Source of the DNA: Negaprion brevirostris
Lineage: Eukaryota
Assembly: GCA_030324005.1 (NCBI GenBank)
Contig: JARDVH010000059.1
Location: 96,412,023-96,475,125 of the forward strand
DNA: 63,103 bases
Direction: 5' to 3'
Below the pieces are notes generated by a model. That model had not been told where the DNA came from, ran no database searches, and saw only the letters and a program-made list of their open reading frames with translations. Positions 48,611-61,208 of the stretch are shown here, piece by piece. Within the stretch, counting starts at the first letter, position 1; every line of letters starts with the position of its first letter. Position numbers and translations under genes: made by a program.

Positions 48611-48724
48611 GTGAAGGTGTCAACGAAGACACGATACTTGGATACAATATACAACAAGAAACTTCTAGAACTACAGAGAAAGATTTTGCCCCATGATGAA
48701 ATTAGCTCTTTGGTTCTAAAAAAA
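48611..48724 (+). CDS. RGS22: RGS22 exon, 114 nt, phase 0-0: VKVSTKTRYLDTIYNKKLLELQ...VLKK
   Basis: gtttttAG acceptor, GTAAAT donor; resembles VELVEETRQLDSTY. Confidence 0.85.
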
Positions 48725-50382
48725 GTAAATGATGATCTATATTTATTCCTAACAAAGCCAAGAACAGAATCACACTCTAGTCTTAATTAACTAACCTTGG
48801 TGACACATTGATTATTTTGGGAAATGATGCTGGGACATCTGCTTTGTAAAGAATGGCTTATTGGCACTATTGTCCTGATTCAACATTACCTAACTTGTGA
48901 ATAGCTGTAATTCCAAAGGTCCCAAATGGTGAAGGTGTGCATGCAATTTGAAATCAAGTCTGTTTCATGTCAGGATTTGTCTTCCAACTGATTGTTGCAG
49001 TAATTTTTTTGGAAAACTTAGACTCGTCAATTCCTATCTTGATGTAGGCAGGGTAGGTGATGTGCTAGGTTATTTTCTTGGTGACAGTAATGCAGAGTGG
49101 GTAATGGGAGATGCAGACTATGGCTGGGACTCATTGCAGGGGATGCAGCAGGCCAGCCAAAAGTCCACTGACTTTCAGTGGGACTGGTCAATCCTGAGAG
49201 ACAGTGATCTCCATTTTTATTCTAAATGTGCCCTGCTGCTGGACACTGATCAGCATGTCCATTAATCTTCAGTGGAACTGACTTTCAGGCAATTACGAGG
49301 ACAGAGATACTGTGTACATTGACTCTCCCCAGCTGATCCCCCCTACTGAAGACAGGTAATACGGTTTCTTATAGATCAGAGCTGAAGACATCTCTGCTAA
49401 CAGTCCAGGAATTCCCAAGAGATTCTCTGTCTAAGCTTACCACCTCTGCTACAGCTACCCATTGGAGTTACCATGCATTCCACAATAACACAGCAGTGAT
49501 AAGAAGCCATGATGACTGCACAGAAGTGAGTGTCACTTCTCTTGGCCAGTCCATACTTACTGTCAAACAATACAATGTCCTTGTTTCATCTTCTGGCAAT
49601 TGCAGCACAGTGATCATTCTGTAGCATTCTCCAAAAGGTCACAATCCAAAGGGCTAAGGATGAATGTGAGTTGGACATCTAGGTTTCACTCTCATCACCA
49701 TTTCCTCCTCCTCCTCTGTGTATCACGCTGTGCATCCAATATGCTAATTAATTCCCACATGCTGGATAAATATTTTGTTGTTTAAACCAGCAGGAGATAT
49801 TATGAACTGTATTTTCTTGGCACATCTATAGAAAGCGAAGAGGAAAGTATGTTGTATGAACTCTGGCTACATCATATCCCATGAAGTACCCGCAAGAGTG
49901 AATTGTAACGCCAACTAATGTGCTTGATTGTGTCCCTGTAGGGGTAGAGATGAAATATATTTGTGAGTAGGGTAGCAGGTCATGCATAAAAAGGATGATA
50001 TTGATTCTGAATTTAACTTTTTACCACCCCACCCCCAACTTCCTCCACATTCTTGCCCAATGATAATGCAAAGTGCATTCAGCATTAAATTATTCACCTA
50101 TCTCCTCCAGTCTGTGTGTGCTTTCCTCTGTCATGTGACATCTTGGCTTACAAACAGAGAAGTAGCTCCAAGAAGACAGTAGAGGCAAGAACATGTGAGT
50201 TAGAATTCTGCCACAGGGCTTCACTAGATGGGAGTTCAGGCTGGAGAATCAGGCTTTACATACAGGTTGATAATCAAAGCAAAGATACCAAAAAAGGGGA
50301 GAAAATGTTGCAGGCATGCAGGGAAACTTACAACACTGTTACTACCTGTGGTTACTAAAGTCATACCTGTCTGTTTTCTTAG

Positions 50383-50552
50383 GAGATACCTCTTCTCACG
50401 TATTCACTCAGCCAAGGAGAAATTACGGATGACGCCAAAAAGGCATGGCAAATCGTTCCCACGGAATTCCGTAATTACACTTTCAATACAATTCTTCGCA
50501 ATCGCTTAGAACTTGACCAATTCCAGATGTTCCTTAGAGAAAATTTAGCAGA
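50383..50552 (+). CDS. RGS22: RGS22 exon, 170 nt, phase 0-2: ...AWQIVPTEFRNYTFNTILRNRLELDQFQMFLRENLA
   Basis: ttttcttAG acceptor, GTAAGT donor; start of an RGS-like domain. Confidence 0.92.
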
Positions 50553-51965
50553 GTAAGTTTCTAAGAATCTTTCTCTAATACAGTATAGTAAAGGTCTACT
50601 ACAGGAGATATACAATGCACAATGTAGAGTTTCCCACACGTGCCTCTCAAGCCTATGTTAACCATTTTGATTACAGTAAACATTTGCACAGAGAATCATC
50701 ACTTAACAAATTTGGGAATATTAATATACCACCTCAGAACATTCCCTACTACAATCCTTCTGCTACATTTCTAATCAGTGGTGAACACTGGAGCCACTTA
50801 AATGCACAGCAACTCACACCACTTTGATGAACTGTTTCTCCTTTATTAAAAGGATTTGGTAAAGGAGAAAGAACAATTTGCCATATTCCTCATTTTGACA
50901 GTACTGTGGCACAGAAGTATTTACAGAAGCATTGGGTATTTTAATATGGTTTCTGGTAAAGTATCACTATTTATTAAACTAATTGTTCTTTTGCTTCTTC
51001 AGAACTTTTCTGTAACAATGGGCAGAATAATACGGGGAAGGGGTGGGTGCGCAATGGTGGGCAACCAACTCTGAAAGCAATGTCAGTGCAGGGCTGATAT
51101 GCTTCGTGCTGCAGTGCCCCGCAGCAATAAAGTGCTGTGGGGTGGAGTAACGGGTGCCAAGTGGGATCCCACTCTCTGGATGCTGCTGGCCAGTCCGACT
51201 GGTTGACAGCTATAGCAGTCCCAGCAGCATTGGGAGGCATCAGTGGCCAAGCTGAGACTGAAAAGAAGAAGATCAAGGCCCTTGTATCTGTGGAGTGGTT
51301 ATGTCTGAGGTCTTGGACTGGGGAGGATGTGGGTTGATTAGGGAGGCAAGTGGGGGTGGGGGAGGGGTGGTGATAAGTGGCTGGGTTTAAAGGAAAAAGT
51401 GGGTAGGAAGGAACAGGAGAAGTTCAACTTTAGGAGNNNNNNNNNNNNNNNNNNNNNNNNNNNNNNNNNNNNNNNNNNNNNNNNNNNNNNNNNNNNNNNN
51501 NNNNNNNNNNNNNNNNNNNNNNNNNNNNNNNNNNNNCCATGGCAAATGTTTTATGGCATGGGCAGCATATCATCTGGGTCAACTGGCTAGATAGCAAACC
51601 TAATTTATCCTTAATTATTCATTTAAATATGACAGGCATATTGTTGATTTTGGTGCCCATCTGCCCATCCACACTGATTATTGTGGGGGTGAGTTTTGGG
51701 TAATGGGAAGGTGGTGGGGTGGGCTATATTATGTTTACTCTGGGAGCACATAAAATTAAGCCCATTGATTCCAGTCTATAATGGAAATTCACAAAATGTT
51801 ATTGTTTCAACATGATTTTAAACTACAAGACTAATTGTCGCTGTTACTTTGTTGTAGATACTGTGATAATATAGGCGCGCCTTGACTTAATTTGATGCAG
51901 TGATCACATTGCAGTCCTTAGTTGGTTTGACAATGGGTTTTTAATAATTGCAGGTTTGCTGATAG

Positions 51966-52508
51966 ATAGAATCACAGAGTCATACAGCACAGAAAAGGCC
52001 CTTCAACTCATTGAATCTGCACTGACAACAATTACCACGAAAGTCACCCATTTTCCAGCGCTTGTCCCATATCCTTGAATGTTACAATGTTTCAAGAGCT
52101 CATCCAAATATTTTTTAGAGGTTGTAAGGTTTCTGGCTTCCACTACCTTCCCAGGCAGGGCATTCTAGATTCCGATCACCCTCTGAGTGATTTTTTTTCT
52201 CAAATCTTCTCTGAATCTCTTGCCCCTTACCCTAAAATTATGCCCCCTTATGATTGACCCCTCAACCACGGGGAACAGCTGCTTCCTATTCACTCTGTCC
52301 ATACCTCACATAATCTTGTACACCTCAATACTGTCCCCACACAGCCTCCTCTGCTCTAAAGAAAACAATCCAAGTCTCTCCTAATAGCTCAAATGCTCCA
52401 ACCCAGACAACATCCTGGTGAATCTCCTCTGTAACCCCTCTAGCGTAATCACATCCTTCCTATAGTGAGGTGACCGGAACTGTACATAGTATTCCAGCTG
52501 TGGCTTAA
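51966..52508 (-). mobile_element. CR1/HER1 3' fragment
   Basis: PQLEYYVQFRSPHYRKDVITLEGLQRRFTRML. Confidence 0.85.
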
Positions 52509-52538
52509 AGATGGAAAACTGTCTCTCTTTTCTTATAG

Positions 52539-52701
52539 CATGGATCTTAACTGCTTGTTGGACATTGACTACTATATGACTATAACTCACAATGACAAGA
52601 AAAATAAAGATATTAAGTCCAAAGAAATCATCGACAAATACCTGACTCAAAAGTATTTCTTTGGACCCAGCAGCCCTGCAACCAAACAGCAACAGAATGA
52701 G
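52539..52701 (+). CDS. RGS22: RGS22 exon, 163 nt, phase 2-0: MDLNCLLDID...KYLTQKYFFGPSSPATKQQQNE
   Basis: tcttatAG acceptor, GAG|GTAACT donor, KYFFGP.SPA motif. Confidence 0.95.
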
Positions 52702-52829
52702 GTAACTGTCTGAAAGTTTTAGTGCCTTGCACTGTGGTTCAAGGTGTTCAAACCATTTCAGGAAGCTAAAATTCAGGTGGTCAATCCAAAATGCTTTGGA
52801 GTTTGCTATTTATTTGCTGGAAGGCACAT

Positions 52830-54845
52830 ATAAATTATATGCTGAATTTTTAACCTAAAAACAGGCAGCTGTGGAATGGGTGGTGCTTTAAAGCCTGTTT
52901 CCCCACCCAAACTGGCCTCAAATTCACCTGTTTCTGGCTTTAACTGAGGCCAGAACTTGGGTGGCCACCCCAATCNNNNNNNNNNTGCATTAACTCTCTG
53001 ACAGGGTATCTTTGGAACTTTAAATATGATAATGAGACTGTGAGACTCTTTGTCAATTAGGTTTTCAGCCTTACCTCTGGTTAATGGAGTTCACTGAGAG
53101 TTGGGAAACCTGATAGCTTACATGAGGTGAGTACTTGGATTCAGGATGTAAGTGCCTACATGCACTCCCCTTCACCCCCTTCCCCATCTTCAGATAAGGG
53201 TGCCTACTGGAGGAATCTATATAATCAAGCAATCTCACTGACCTTCATCATGGGATACCCTGATTGACCNNNNNNNNNNNNNNNNNNNNNNNNNNNNNNN
53301 NNNNNNNNNNNNNNNNNNNNNNNNNNNNNNNNNNNNNNNNNNNNNNNNNNNNNNNNNNNNNNNNNCATAGGCATCCGATTCCATCCCCCATCCCACCAAC
53401 CTCTAATCCCGCCTGCAATTCCCTCATCTTGCTATGGATGTGAACCACCTGATGATGATGACCTTCAAACAATTACATGCTGACCATTAACACGCCTACG
53501 CATTAATGCAGACATTGTGCCCTCATGCACACCACTGGCCCTGACACCATGAAACCCTCAGGGTCGAGTGTAGTTTCAGTACTTCATTGCTCATACCCTA
53601 TTTCTCCCATAAACATTGTCTGAAGCTAGGACTGGCGATCTCAAACCATGCCCAATGGATCTATGGCCCACCACACATGCCAAATGAAACTAGCATTCAC
53701 GAGTATTTGGGTGAGGGGGTGAACAGAACTGCCCAGTAGTCCTCCGAGTGCTGTCGTCCTCAGATGTCACTGCTTCTGCCTACTGTGGACCAGACTGTGT
53801 GCTGTATTCACCAGATTATGATCCTGAGCCTGGTCTAGATCTATATCCCACCAAATGTGTATATCGTTGCTGGTGGAATGAATGGAAGTTGTGGATGAGC
53901 ACTGTGATGGGTCTTCTTAGGTGCTTTCCTCCAGGTCTTCATCTCCACCTTCAGCTGGAGCTGGGGTGCAGGTTGCCCCAGGGCATCGGGCAGATGCGCC
54001 CCAAAAAGAAAGTGGAGATTATCAATGAATGACAGTTAGGTACACACATCAGTAAACTTAAGGTAGTGTTGACAGAGGGATGATCTGGTGCAGGATCCTC
54101 ACGTGAGCGCTTGCTGCTGACCTCACTGTCGCCACAGGGATGGTCAGTATCGTTTCCGGCCAGTGCAATGGCTGTTTCCAAAGTCAAANNNNNNNNNNNN
54201 NNNNNNNNNNNNNNNNNNNNNNNNNNNNNNNNNNNNNNNNNNNNNNNNNNNNNNNNNNNNNNNNNNNNNNNNNNNNNNNNNNNNNNNNNNNNTAAAGACC
54301 AATGGAGAGGGTGTGAGCAATACACATGGCAGGGCAGGTGAGAAGGATGCCTGGCATTTGTGGGCTGTTACTGGAGCCACAAATGGAATGAGGGCAGGAT
54401 GAACAGAGGGGATGAGGCCAGATGGAGATGTGAGGGTGTGCGTGTGAGTGAGTGGTGCTGTCCATTGAGCTGACAGTGATTGAGAATTTTGCTGCACTGA
54501 ATGGCCAACTACCTCTGGCCAACGTTCACGCTGACCACTGGTGCTACCACCTCTCAAGCCAGATTTGTGATTTTAATGGCCCTCCTCAAACCAGGGCAGT
54601 GTTACAGGACATTGTGGTGCACCCCCAGAGCATCCAGCAGGCTCTCAAGTAAGGCATCATTAAACCTGAGAGCATCACTTTTAGGCTTTGGGGTGATATC
54701 TTCGATGGAGTTATCCTGGGCTGCAAGCATTAAGAACTGTGCTTGCTGCAGCTCTTTAAATATGCCATCCTGAGTGAGGAATTGGTGAGGACATGTTTGG
54801 GCAGGCAATCTGCAATTAGTACAATTCAGGTAAAATTTGACTTTG
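52830..54845 (-). mobile_element. Decayed PIF/Harbinger-like element with Myb/SANT ORF remnant
   Basis: Minus 54460-54680 reads ALRFNDALLESLLDAL..NVL...ITNLA*EVVA.VVS.N...AIQCSK.LN, the Myb-like domain pattern. Confidence 0.6.
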
Positions 54846-55559
54846 TATTTCTTGTAAGGGTTCCTAATCTCCACATTTGAAGAACTTGTCTCAGAGTTCT
54901 CTCCAGAAGTAACTCCCGTTTTGAAGGCTGCAACAAGAATCCACCTTCAGGGTTTTAATCTCACCTTCCAAGATTCCTTTCCCCTGAATCTCCTTGTAGA
55001 TTCATGCTTCACCTTCCAAGTACACATTCAATCGTGCTAAGCAGAATGCCACGGCTCCAAAAGAGAATCTTTGCCCTTACGGCCTGCAGCACAGAGTTAC
55101 TAACCCATCGACTGCCTGCTCAGATCTTCTGGGCTTCTCTGAAGTTCATTTTGTTTCCACCCTGTTCTCTGCAGCTCTTTCTTTAACTTTTTCTCTTGTT
55201 CATCCCAACTCAGTGGTATCTATTGCTGATCCCAGTCTTTATCCCAGCCTGAGACTTCCTTCTGGGATCTCTTTCTGTCCCATTCCCTGATTTAGGACCT
55301 TCTCCCTGACCCCATTTCCGTGTCCTGTTCTTTGGGACGCTTCTCTAATGGTGCTTTGGTTCCAGGTCACCTGATTAACAAGTTCACACCATTTCCCTCC
55401 TTTGCTTCTGTTTCTTTTGCACATTTGCATAGGGCTGGTTCTCACCCTAAAGAATGTAAAAAGACTAACTGCACATGTGCAGCCCTTTCCCAACTGGTGC
55501 ACGCGCACAAGTCCCCAGGGCAGTCTGGAATTATAGTTCTTGAACTGCAACTCAACTTG

Positions 55560-56280
55560 CGGTAATTTCATTTTTTGAGTTTCACCACATATCAAACTGG
55601 CACTCAGGCTGTGTGTACAGGCCAAAAGTACTAATGATTTACAGATCATATCAAACACCATGTCCCTTCATCCGTTTGCAGCAGGCAAAGTACTGGTTGT
55701 AAGCAAGCAGCCTATGCTTCCAAAACTCAAAACATAAAACATCTGGGGCAGAATTTTCTGGCTGTGCTTGCCCCAAAGATTGGAAAATCCCGCCTGAGGT
55801 CAACAGACCTTTGCATGGTTCCCCCCGCCATCAGCTACGATTTCCGTAGTAGGCAAGATGGGAAAATTCCGGTCTAGATGTGATTTGGCATTGGACAATC
55901 CCTACTGAAGCATCTGATTGCACTAAGAATTTAAGCCAATTTAAGATTGTCAGTCATGCTTACAGTGTGGTTCATTTATCTNNNNNNNNNNACACCATTC
56001 CCTAGTTCATTCCCCAGGCCAATGCTTTGAGCAATTAGAATTGACCTGCTCGGTTGAATGTGAACAATGTCAACAGATAACTGCTCCATAGCAACAATTC
56101 CAACAATCAGAGTGCACTTGCCAACCAATCAGTATTCTCCTCTCATACAGCATAAATTGTTGTTCCCATGTTAGAGTTTGGTAAGTTCTTGGGAGCTATT
56201 CTGATGAGTGCAAGACAGAAAGCCTAGATAACATTTCTCTTTTTTTCAGCAATACTTAAGTTCTGTATTATCAAACAAAA
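55560..56280 (+). mobile_element. Penelope-like element 3' part: GIY-YIG remnant plus terminal repeat, interrupted by MITE 55746-55874
   Basis: LTDHIKHHVPS, RCD.A.GQ, LKH.DC and FKIVS remnants followed by a CTGATGA...GAAA motif. Confidence 0.6.
56197..56230 (+). ncRNA. Degenerate minimal type I hammerhead ribozyme-like motif
   Basis: UAUU-CUGAUGA-GUGCAAGACA-GAAA-GCC-UA-GAUA; stem I UAUU/GAUA pairs, stems II and III imperfect. Confidence 0.4.
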
Positions 56281-56488
56281 ACTTACTGAACTTCATGCAC
56301 CAAGAGCACATATTTGGGAATGTGAACCCATCCAGTTAATTTTAAGAGATGCATAGTCACAATCTTCTCAATGGACAAAGCTTTGCACCAGAAGTCTACA
56401 TTCATAGATGTTATTGTAGAAAAATAATAATGTTTAGCAACAGACTTTGGGGATAATGAAGGAACATAAATGTAATTTTTCTCTCTAG

Positions 56489-56647
56489 GTGTTGGCATTA
56501 GCTGGGGGACGGGAAGCATTGAACCATGAACAGTTGTCTACAGAAGTTGCAATGGAGGTTCAAAGATATGCAAAAGAACGTATAGAAAATAAATGGCTGC
56601 CAATGTTCCTGTCCACACCACAGTTTGCTGCGGATCACCACATACAG
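56489..56647 (+). CDS. RGS22: RGS22 exon, 159 nt, phase 0-0: VLALAGG...RIENKWLPMFL...HHIQ
   Basis: ctctctAG acceptor, CAG|GTTCAG donor, WLP.FL motif. Confidence 0.92.
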
Positions 56648-57954
56648 GTTCAGTAGCTGTGCATTTGAACAAACTGTTATGCCAACCTTCATAGTTCATA
56701 CTGAGAGCTGGATTTTCATGGAGTCGTGAAGATTCTGCCGACCTTTAAAAATGGTGGGTGGGACCCAAATGCTTAAGTACCAGCACCATTTCTCAAATGT
56801 ACAATTTTTGCAGGCAAGAGGAAGATGGCAGGGCATGATTCACACAGGCAGGAAACCCAAACTCAGTTGGGCCAGTTGAACTTAGTGCTGAGTTCAAATA
56901 GATCCTACTTTGGTTGTTCCAAGAACCATAGTAAACATTCTTGAAATGAGGATAATATTTGTTTAGGTATGATAATATTTGATTAAGTTATAATCTGAAT
57001 GTTTGTAAATCCCCTGCTCTTTAAACATAAAGAAGATAGGTTGAAACTATCNNNNNNNNNNNNNNNNNNNNNNNNNNNNNNNNNNNNNNNNNNNNNNNNN
57101 NNNNNNNNNNNNNNNNNNNNNNNNNNNNNNNNNNNNNNNNNNNNNNNNNNNACTATAAATGAGAGTTTAAAAAACACCACCTAGCAGACTGATAACATTG
57201 TCAGACCACCTGTTGCAAGTGAGAAAAGAAATTACCGTCTATTCATGCAGTTTCAACAGAGTTCTTTGTTGACATTTGTTTTTATAAGAGATTAAGTTTG
57301 ATTTTATAAGAGATTATTTATTTGAGGAAATATAAATGATTTAAATAGGTTTCATGAATGGGAGTGTTTTTCACAATGATGTGTGTATGTGTGTGAGTGG
57401 CATTAAATTGCATTAAGCTTATTTTTTTCATCTCTACCTAGCTCCTGAGGCGGATACTGGGTGAATGGCTATGGAGGTGGCATAGGGGTATGAAGAAACA
57501 TGGAGGGTTAATGTTAGCATGTAGGGACCAGAGGGTGGATGAGAGGATTAAGGGGTGTGAGGGATGAAGACTGGAGGGCCTCATATAAATTTTAAAACAC
57601 CAGCGAACTGAAGCAGGTCTATTAACCAGTCTATCTTATTACTCACCCACCCATGTAACTGAGTATAATCTACCTCTGGGGTCAGACTCTATCCTGCCAC
57701 CACCTTCAACAGCAAAAATTGGATCTATTTAACCAAGCTGGGTCTGCCACATGGGAAATTCTCCAACTCAATCTATCTACTCGGTAGTGAAAATCCAGCT
57801 CTGAGTATAAAGCAGTGTTATCTATATACCCTACATTGAATAAAACCTCAACCATTTTACATTCAACATTTAATCATTATTGGAATAATGGAAATTAATT
57901 ACATTTGTGAATGTTTATTCATTAATGCCTCATGGATATATTTGATTTTTTAAA

Positions 57955-58250
57955 AATATTTTGTGGGATGTTTTGTTGGCAAAACCAGCATTTGTTTCTC
58001 ATCCATAATTGCCCTTAAGAAGGAGATGATGAGTTGCCTCCTTGAACTGTAGTATAGTGTGGAGACTCCCAGTGTTGTGAGGGATGGAGTTCCAGGATTT
58101 TGACCCAGTGAAAGAATGGTGATATATTTCCAAGTCAGGCTGGAGTGTGGTTCAGAGGCAAACTTGCAGGTGGTGGCATTTCCATGTACCTGCTGCCCTT
58201 GTCCTTCTAGATGATAACGGTTGCAGTTTGCAAGGTGCTACGAAGGAACA
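57955..58250 (-). mobile_element. CR1-type LINE 3' end
   Basis: Reverse complement of 23470-23745. Confidence 0.7.
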
Positions 58251-59574
58251 TTGCTGTGATTTTTTTAAAACAAAAAAATGTTTTTTAATTGCAACAAGTA
58301 ATAAATATGAAGTGGTACAGTTGAGAAAAGGGTCATAGAATGGAATTGTAATCAAACTTTAAAACTCTCAATCAAATCGAGGAATTGATCAGTTATGAGA
58401 ATGCAAATGCACAGATATCTAAAAGTAGGATTGCAAGTATTAAAAAAAGTGTTTTAGATATTGAGATACTGGAAGGAAAATTCAATTCCAGCAGGAAGTT
58501 AAGGAAAGATTCTAATGATAGCGTTCAAAATTGTGAGAAGTTTTGGGAGACTGTATAGTGAATGGTTGGGAAATTGGTTTAAAAAAACTTCTTCCTATTA
58601 GAAGGTGGAGACTAGACAGACCATTTTAAAGCAAGAGGTCATTGGAATTAGAAATGCTCCTTATGTTATTCCAATGGACCAGAACTGTAGACTATTGATG
58701 ATGAGCCAATCACAGCATTAAATAAGCAAAGCATTAAAGTGTATAGGGAAATAGAACAAGAATCAAAGGGGTCGATTTTAACTGTCCTAGTTTAGATTTC
58801 CATTGACATCAAAATTGGGAAAGAGGTAAAGTAAGCTGCCAATTTCCAATCAACTACTTTACAATAATACCCACAGTCAAATTCAACTCTATTGTGGAAG
58901 CCTTAACATTGATATAATTATTAAGAACCCCTTCTCATGAAGACTTCTATGGTTCTAGAGGCTTGTTCTTTTTTATGTGAATTTTACATGTTCATTGAGA
59001 TGGGGCACATTTGTACAGAGATTGGAATATTATTACTTTTTCCATCGACTATCAGTATTTAATACTCTTAGGTTAGGAAGAATGCAGAGTAAAGCTGCCT
59101 AACATGTGCCTCAACCTCTGAAGAGCATTTCTTTCTGAACCAGCATGATATTTCCACTTCTCAAAGTAGGTATCCTAAGTAAGATGACCAATTAATGTGC
59201 AACTATGGATGGTTGCATGGTATGGACTCCTTGTGGAGCTAAATAAACTTAATTTTAGTGACCTTGTAGCTGTAGGCTTAAAAATACATTTTGTAACTGA
59301 TGTTCTACGTCATATAACACAAGAGGCCATTCAGTCCATTGTGCTTATGTCTGCTCTTTGAAAAAGCTATCTTAATTAATTCCACTCCCCTGCACTTTCC
59401 CCACAGTACGGCATTTTCTTTCCTTTTCTAGTATGTATTAAATTTCCTTTCGTACATTTGAAATTTGTGGCAAAAGCACTAGATGAAATATATTGAGAGA
59501 ATGTATTTGACTTCTTAAAGGAATCAATTTGTAATTTGATCTTGAAGTTTTATTAGTTGGTTTCTGCTCTCCAG

Positions 59575-59643
59575 ATAAAATTGCAAGAGGTGGTAGAGGA
59601 CCAGATGTTACACAAGAGTAGGAAGAAGCGAGATGTAATGAAG
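59575..59643 (+). CDS. RGS22: RGS22 exon, 69 nt, phase 0-0: IKLQEVVEDQMLHKSRKKRDVMK
   Basis: ctctccAG acceptor, AAG|GTGAGA donor. Confidence 0.88.
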
Positions 59644-60042
59644 GTGAGAACTTGCACCACAAATGCACTACAAGTGAATCATTATTTTATGGTAATATTC
59701 CCCACTCTGTTGGTAATATTCCCCACAGTGTTTCACACTATCAACTGTCATTCCAAATTAGAAAAGACAGAGAAAGTATTACATTTCCATAACTTCAGAA
59801 CAGTTGTTCATTTTATACAGTACTGAAAATTCAAATCTCAAGGCTACAATCTCATCTCTTTAAAGCCACCATGGCACTTCGCTCGCCAAATGCTGTTGAT
59901 GTTCCCAAAGGGCCGTGATATGAAAGCTGCCCAAGGTTTGGAAACACTGGCAGCTCAATGTTTGCGATACTTCTATTCTCTTCAAGTGGCTTGTGAAAGT
60001 GAGTACGATGTAAGTGATTGTGAGCGTTTCTGTTTCCAACAG

Positions 60043-60204
60043 CATATAGATAATAAATGGACTGCCTCATCAAAAGAAATCATTGCATTCCGTAAAGCAT
60101 TGTTAAATCCAGTAACCGCTCTCCTGTTTCGGAAGTATGTATCATCAAAGGGAGCATTGATGGAAAATAATGTGCTCTTTTGGCTTGAGGTTCAAAAATA
60201 CAAG
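60043..60204 (+). CDS. RGS22: RGS22 exon, 162 nt, phase 0-0: HIDNKWTASSKEIIAFRKALLNPVT...FWLEVQKYK
   Basis: ccaacAG acceptor, AAG|GTAAAT donor, RGS-domain EN.LFW.EVQ.YK motif. Confidence 0.96.
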
Positions 60205-61028
60205 GTAAATAAAATTCAGGATCATGAATTCTAATCAAAAAATTTAAGTAATAATGCAAAACTACTTTCAAATGACTCAGATGTTTAATCTACATAACAT
60301 TATTCAAACAAAGAATGCTCCTGCTAAAATGATGTGTTTGTGGAAATTGACTGGATTTTTATGCTGGGGGTGTGGGAGGGCATTAAATCCATTGAGTTGC
60401 CTTCCTGCTCCTACTTTGCCACCTCCAATCTGCCTGAAATTTCAGAGATTTAGGGCATGTGTCAGATGGCGCATCAGCCTTTGAGCCTACTGATGTCCTT
60501 AAGTGGCCAGTCAATGAAGGGTCTCACCCACAGTGGGGTGAGGCCCATGCCAGATGGGAAGCCAGGCAGCTTTAGCTGCACAGGTTGGTGTTGGGTAGGG
60601 TGGAGGAGAGGAAACCCATCAAGCAGCTCCCTCGCTTTGACTCCCATGCAGGGACTCACCTGGGCTTCTTAGTCTAGTGGGACTGCTTGAGGTTCCAGCA
60701 GTGACCACTACTCCCAGCTGGCGACTAGAGTTGTCTGCCATCTGATTGGCCGCAGATCTCTTAAGGTATGACTTTTTCGTGAAAAAGTCTCACCGTAAAG
60801 CCATTAATATGTTTCCCTGCATCAAACTGTTGTGGGGAAGTCATCGTGATTGTGGGCGGGTTCCCCCATTGATTTATTAGCTGGGAAAGGCAGAGATCAC
60901 AACCCCCTGTAAAATGTATCCCCGTGAATTTGTGTTGTGTTTATGTGCATCCCTGTTTTCATTATCTGAATCTATCTGGCACAGAAAAGAATACACAGAC
61001 CTCTTTTCTGTGCTTCTTTTTCCTTCAG

Positions 61029-61208
61029 GACCTGTGCCATTCCCACGCAAGTGAGGAAACTATTCAGAAAAAGATCACAGTCATCATCGATTGTTTTATC
61101 AATTCCAACATCCCACCAACTGTGCAGATCACCATTCCAGAAGAATATGCAAGCACAATTATTAACCACAGAAAAGAACAGGGTCCATATATCTTCAGAG
61201 AAGCACAG
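61029..61208 (+). CDS. RGS22: RGS22 exon, 180 nt, phase 0-0: DLCHSH...CFINSNIPP...GPYIFREAQ
   Basis: ccttcAG acceptor, CAG|GTACAT donor, RGS-domain motif. Confidence 0.96.

Larger units (their letters stand above)
488..61208 (+). other. RGS22: RGS22 homologue, partial gene: 20 internal coding exons, 1146 aa; 5' and 3' ends outside window
   Basis: Twenty exons with AG acceptors and GT/GC donors splice into one open frame. Peptides such as WIKNERLPTFLMSDCYFEYR, KYWWLWMDIERLK, IIAFRKALLNPVT and DLCHSHASEETIQKKIT match vertebrate RGS22 as I recall it. Confidence 0.95.
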
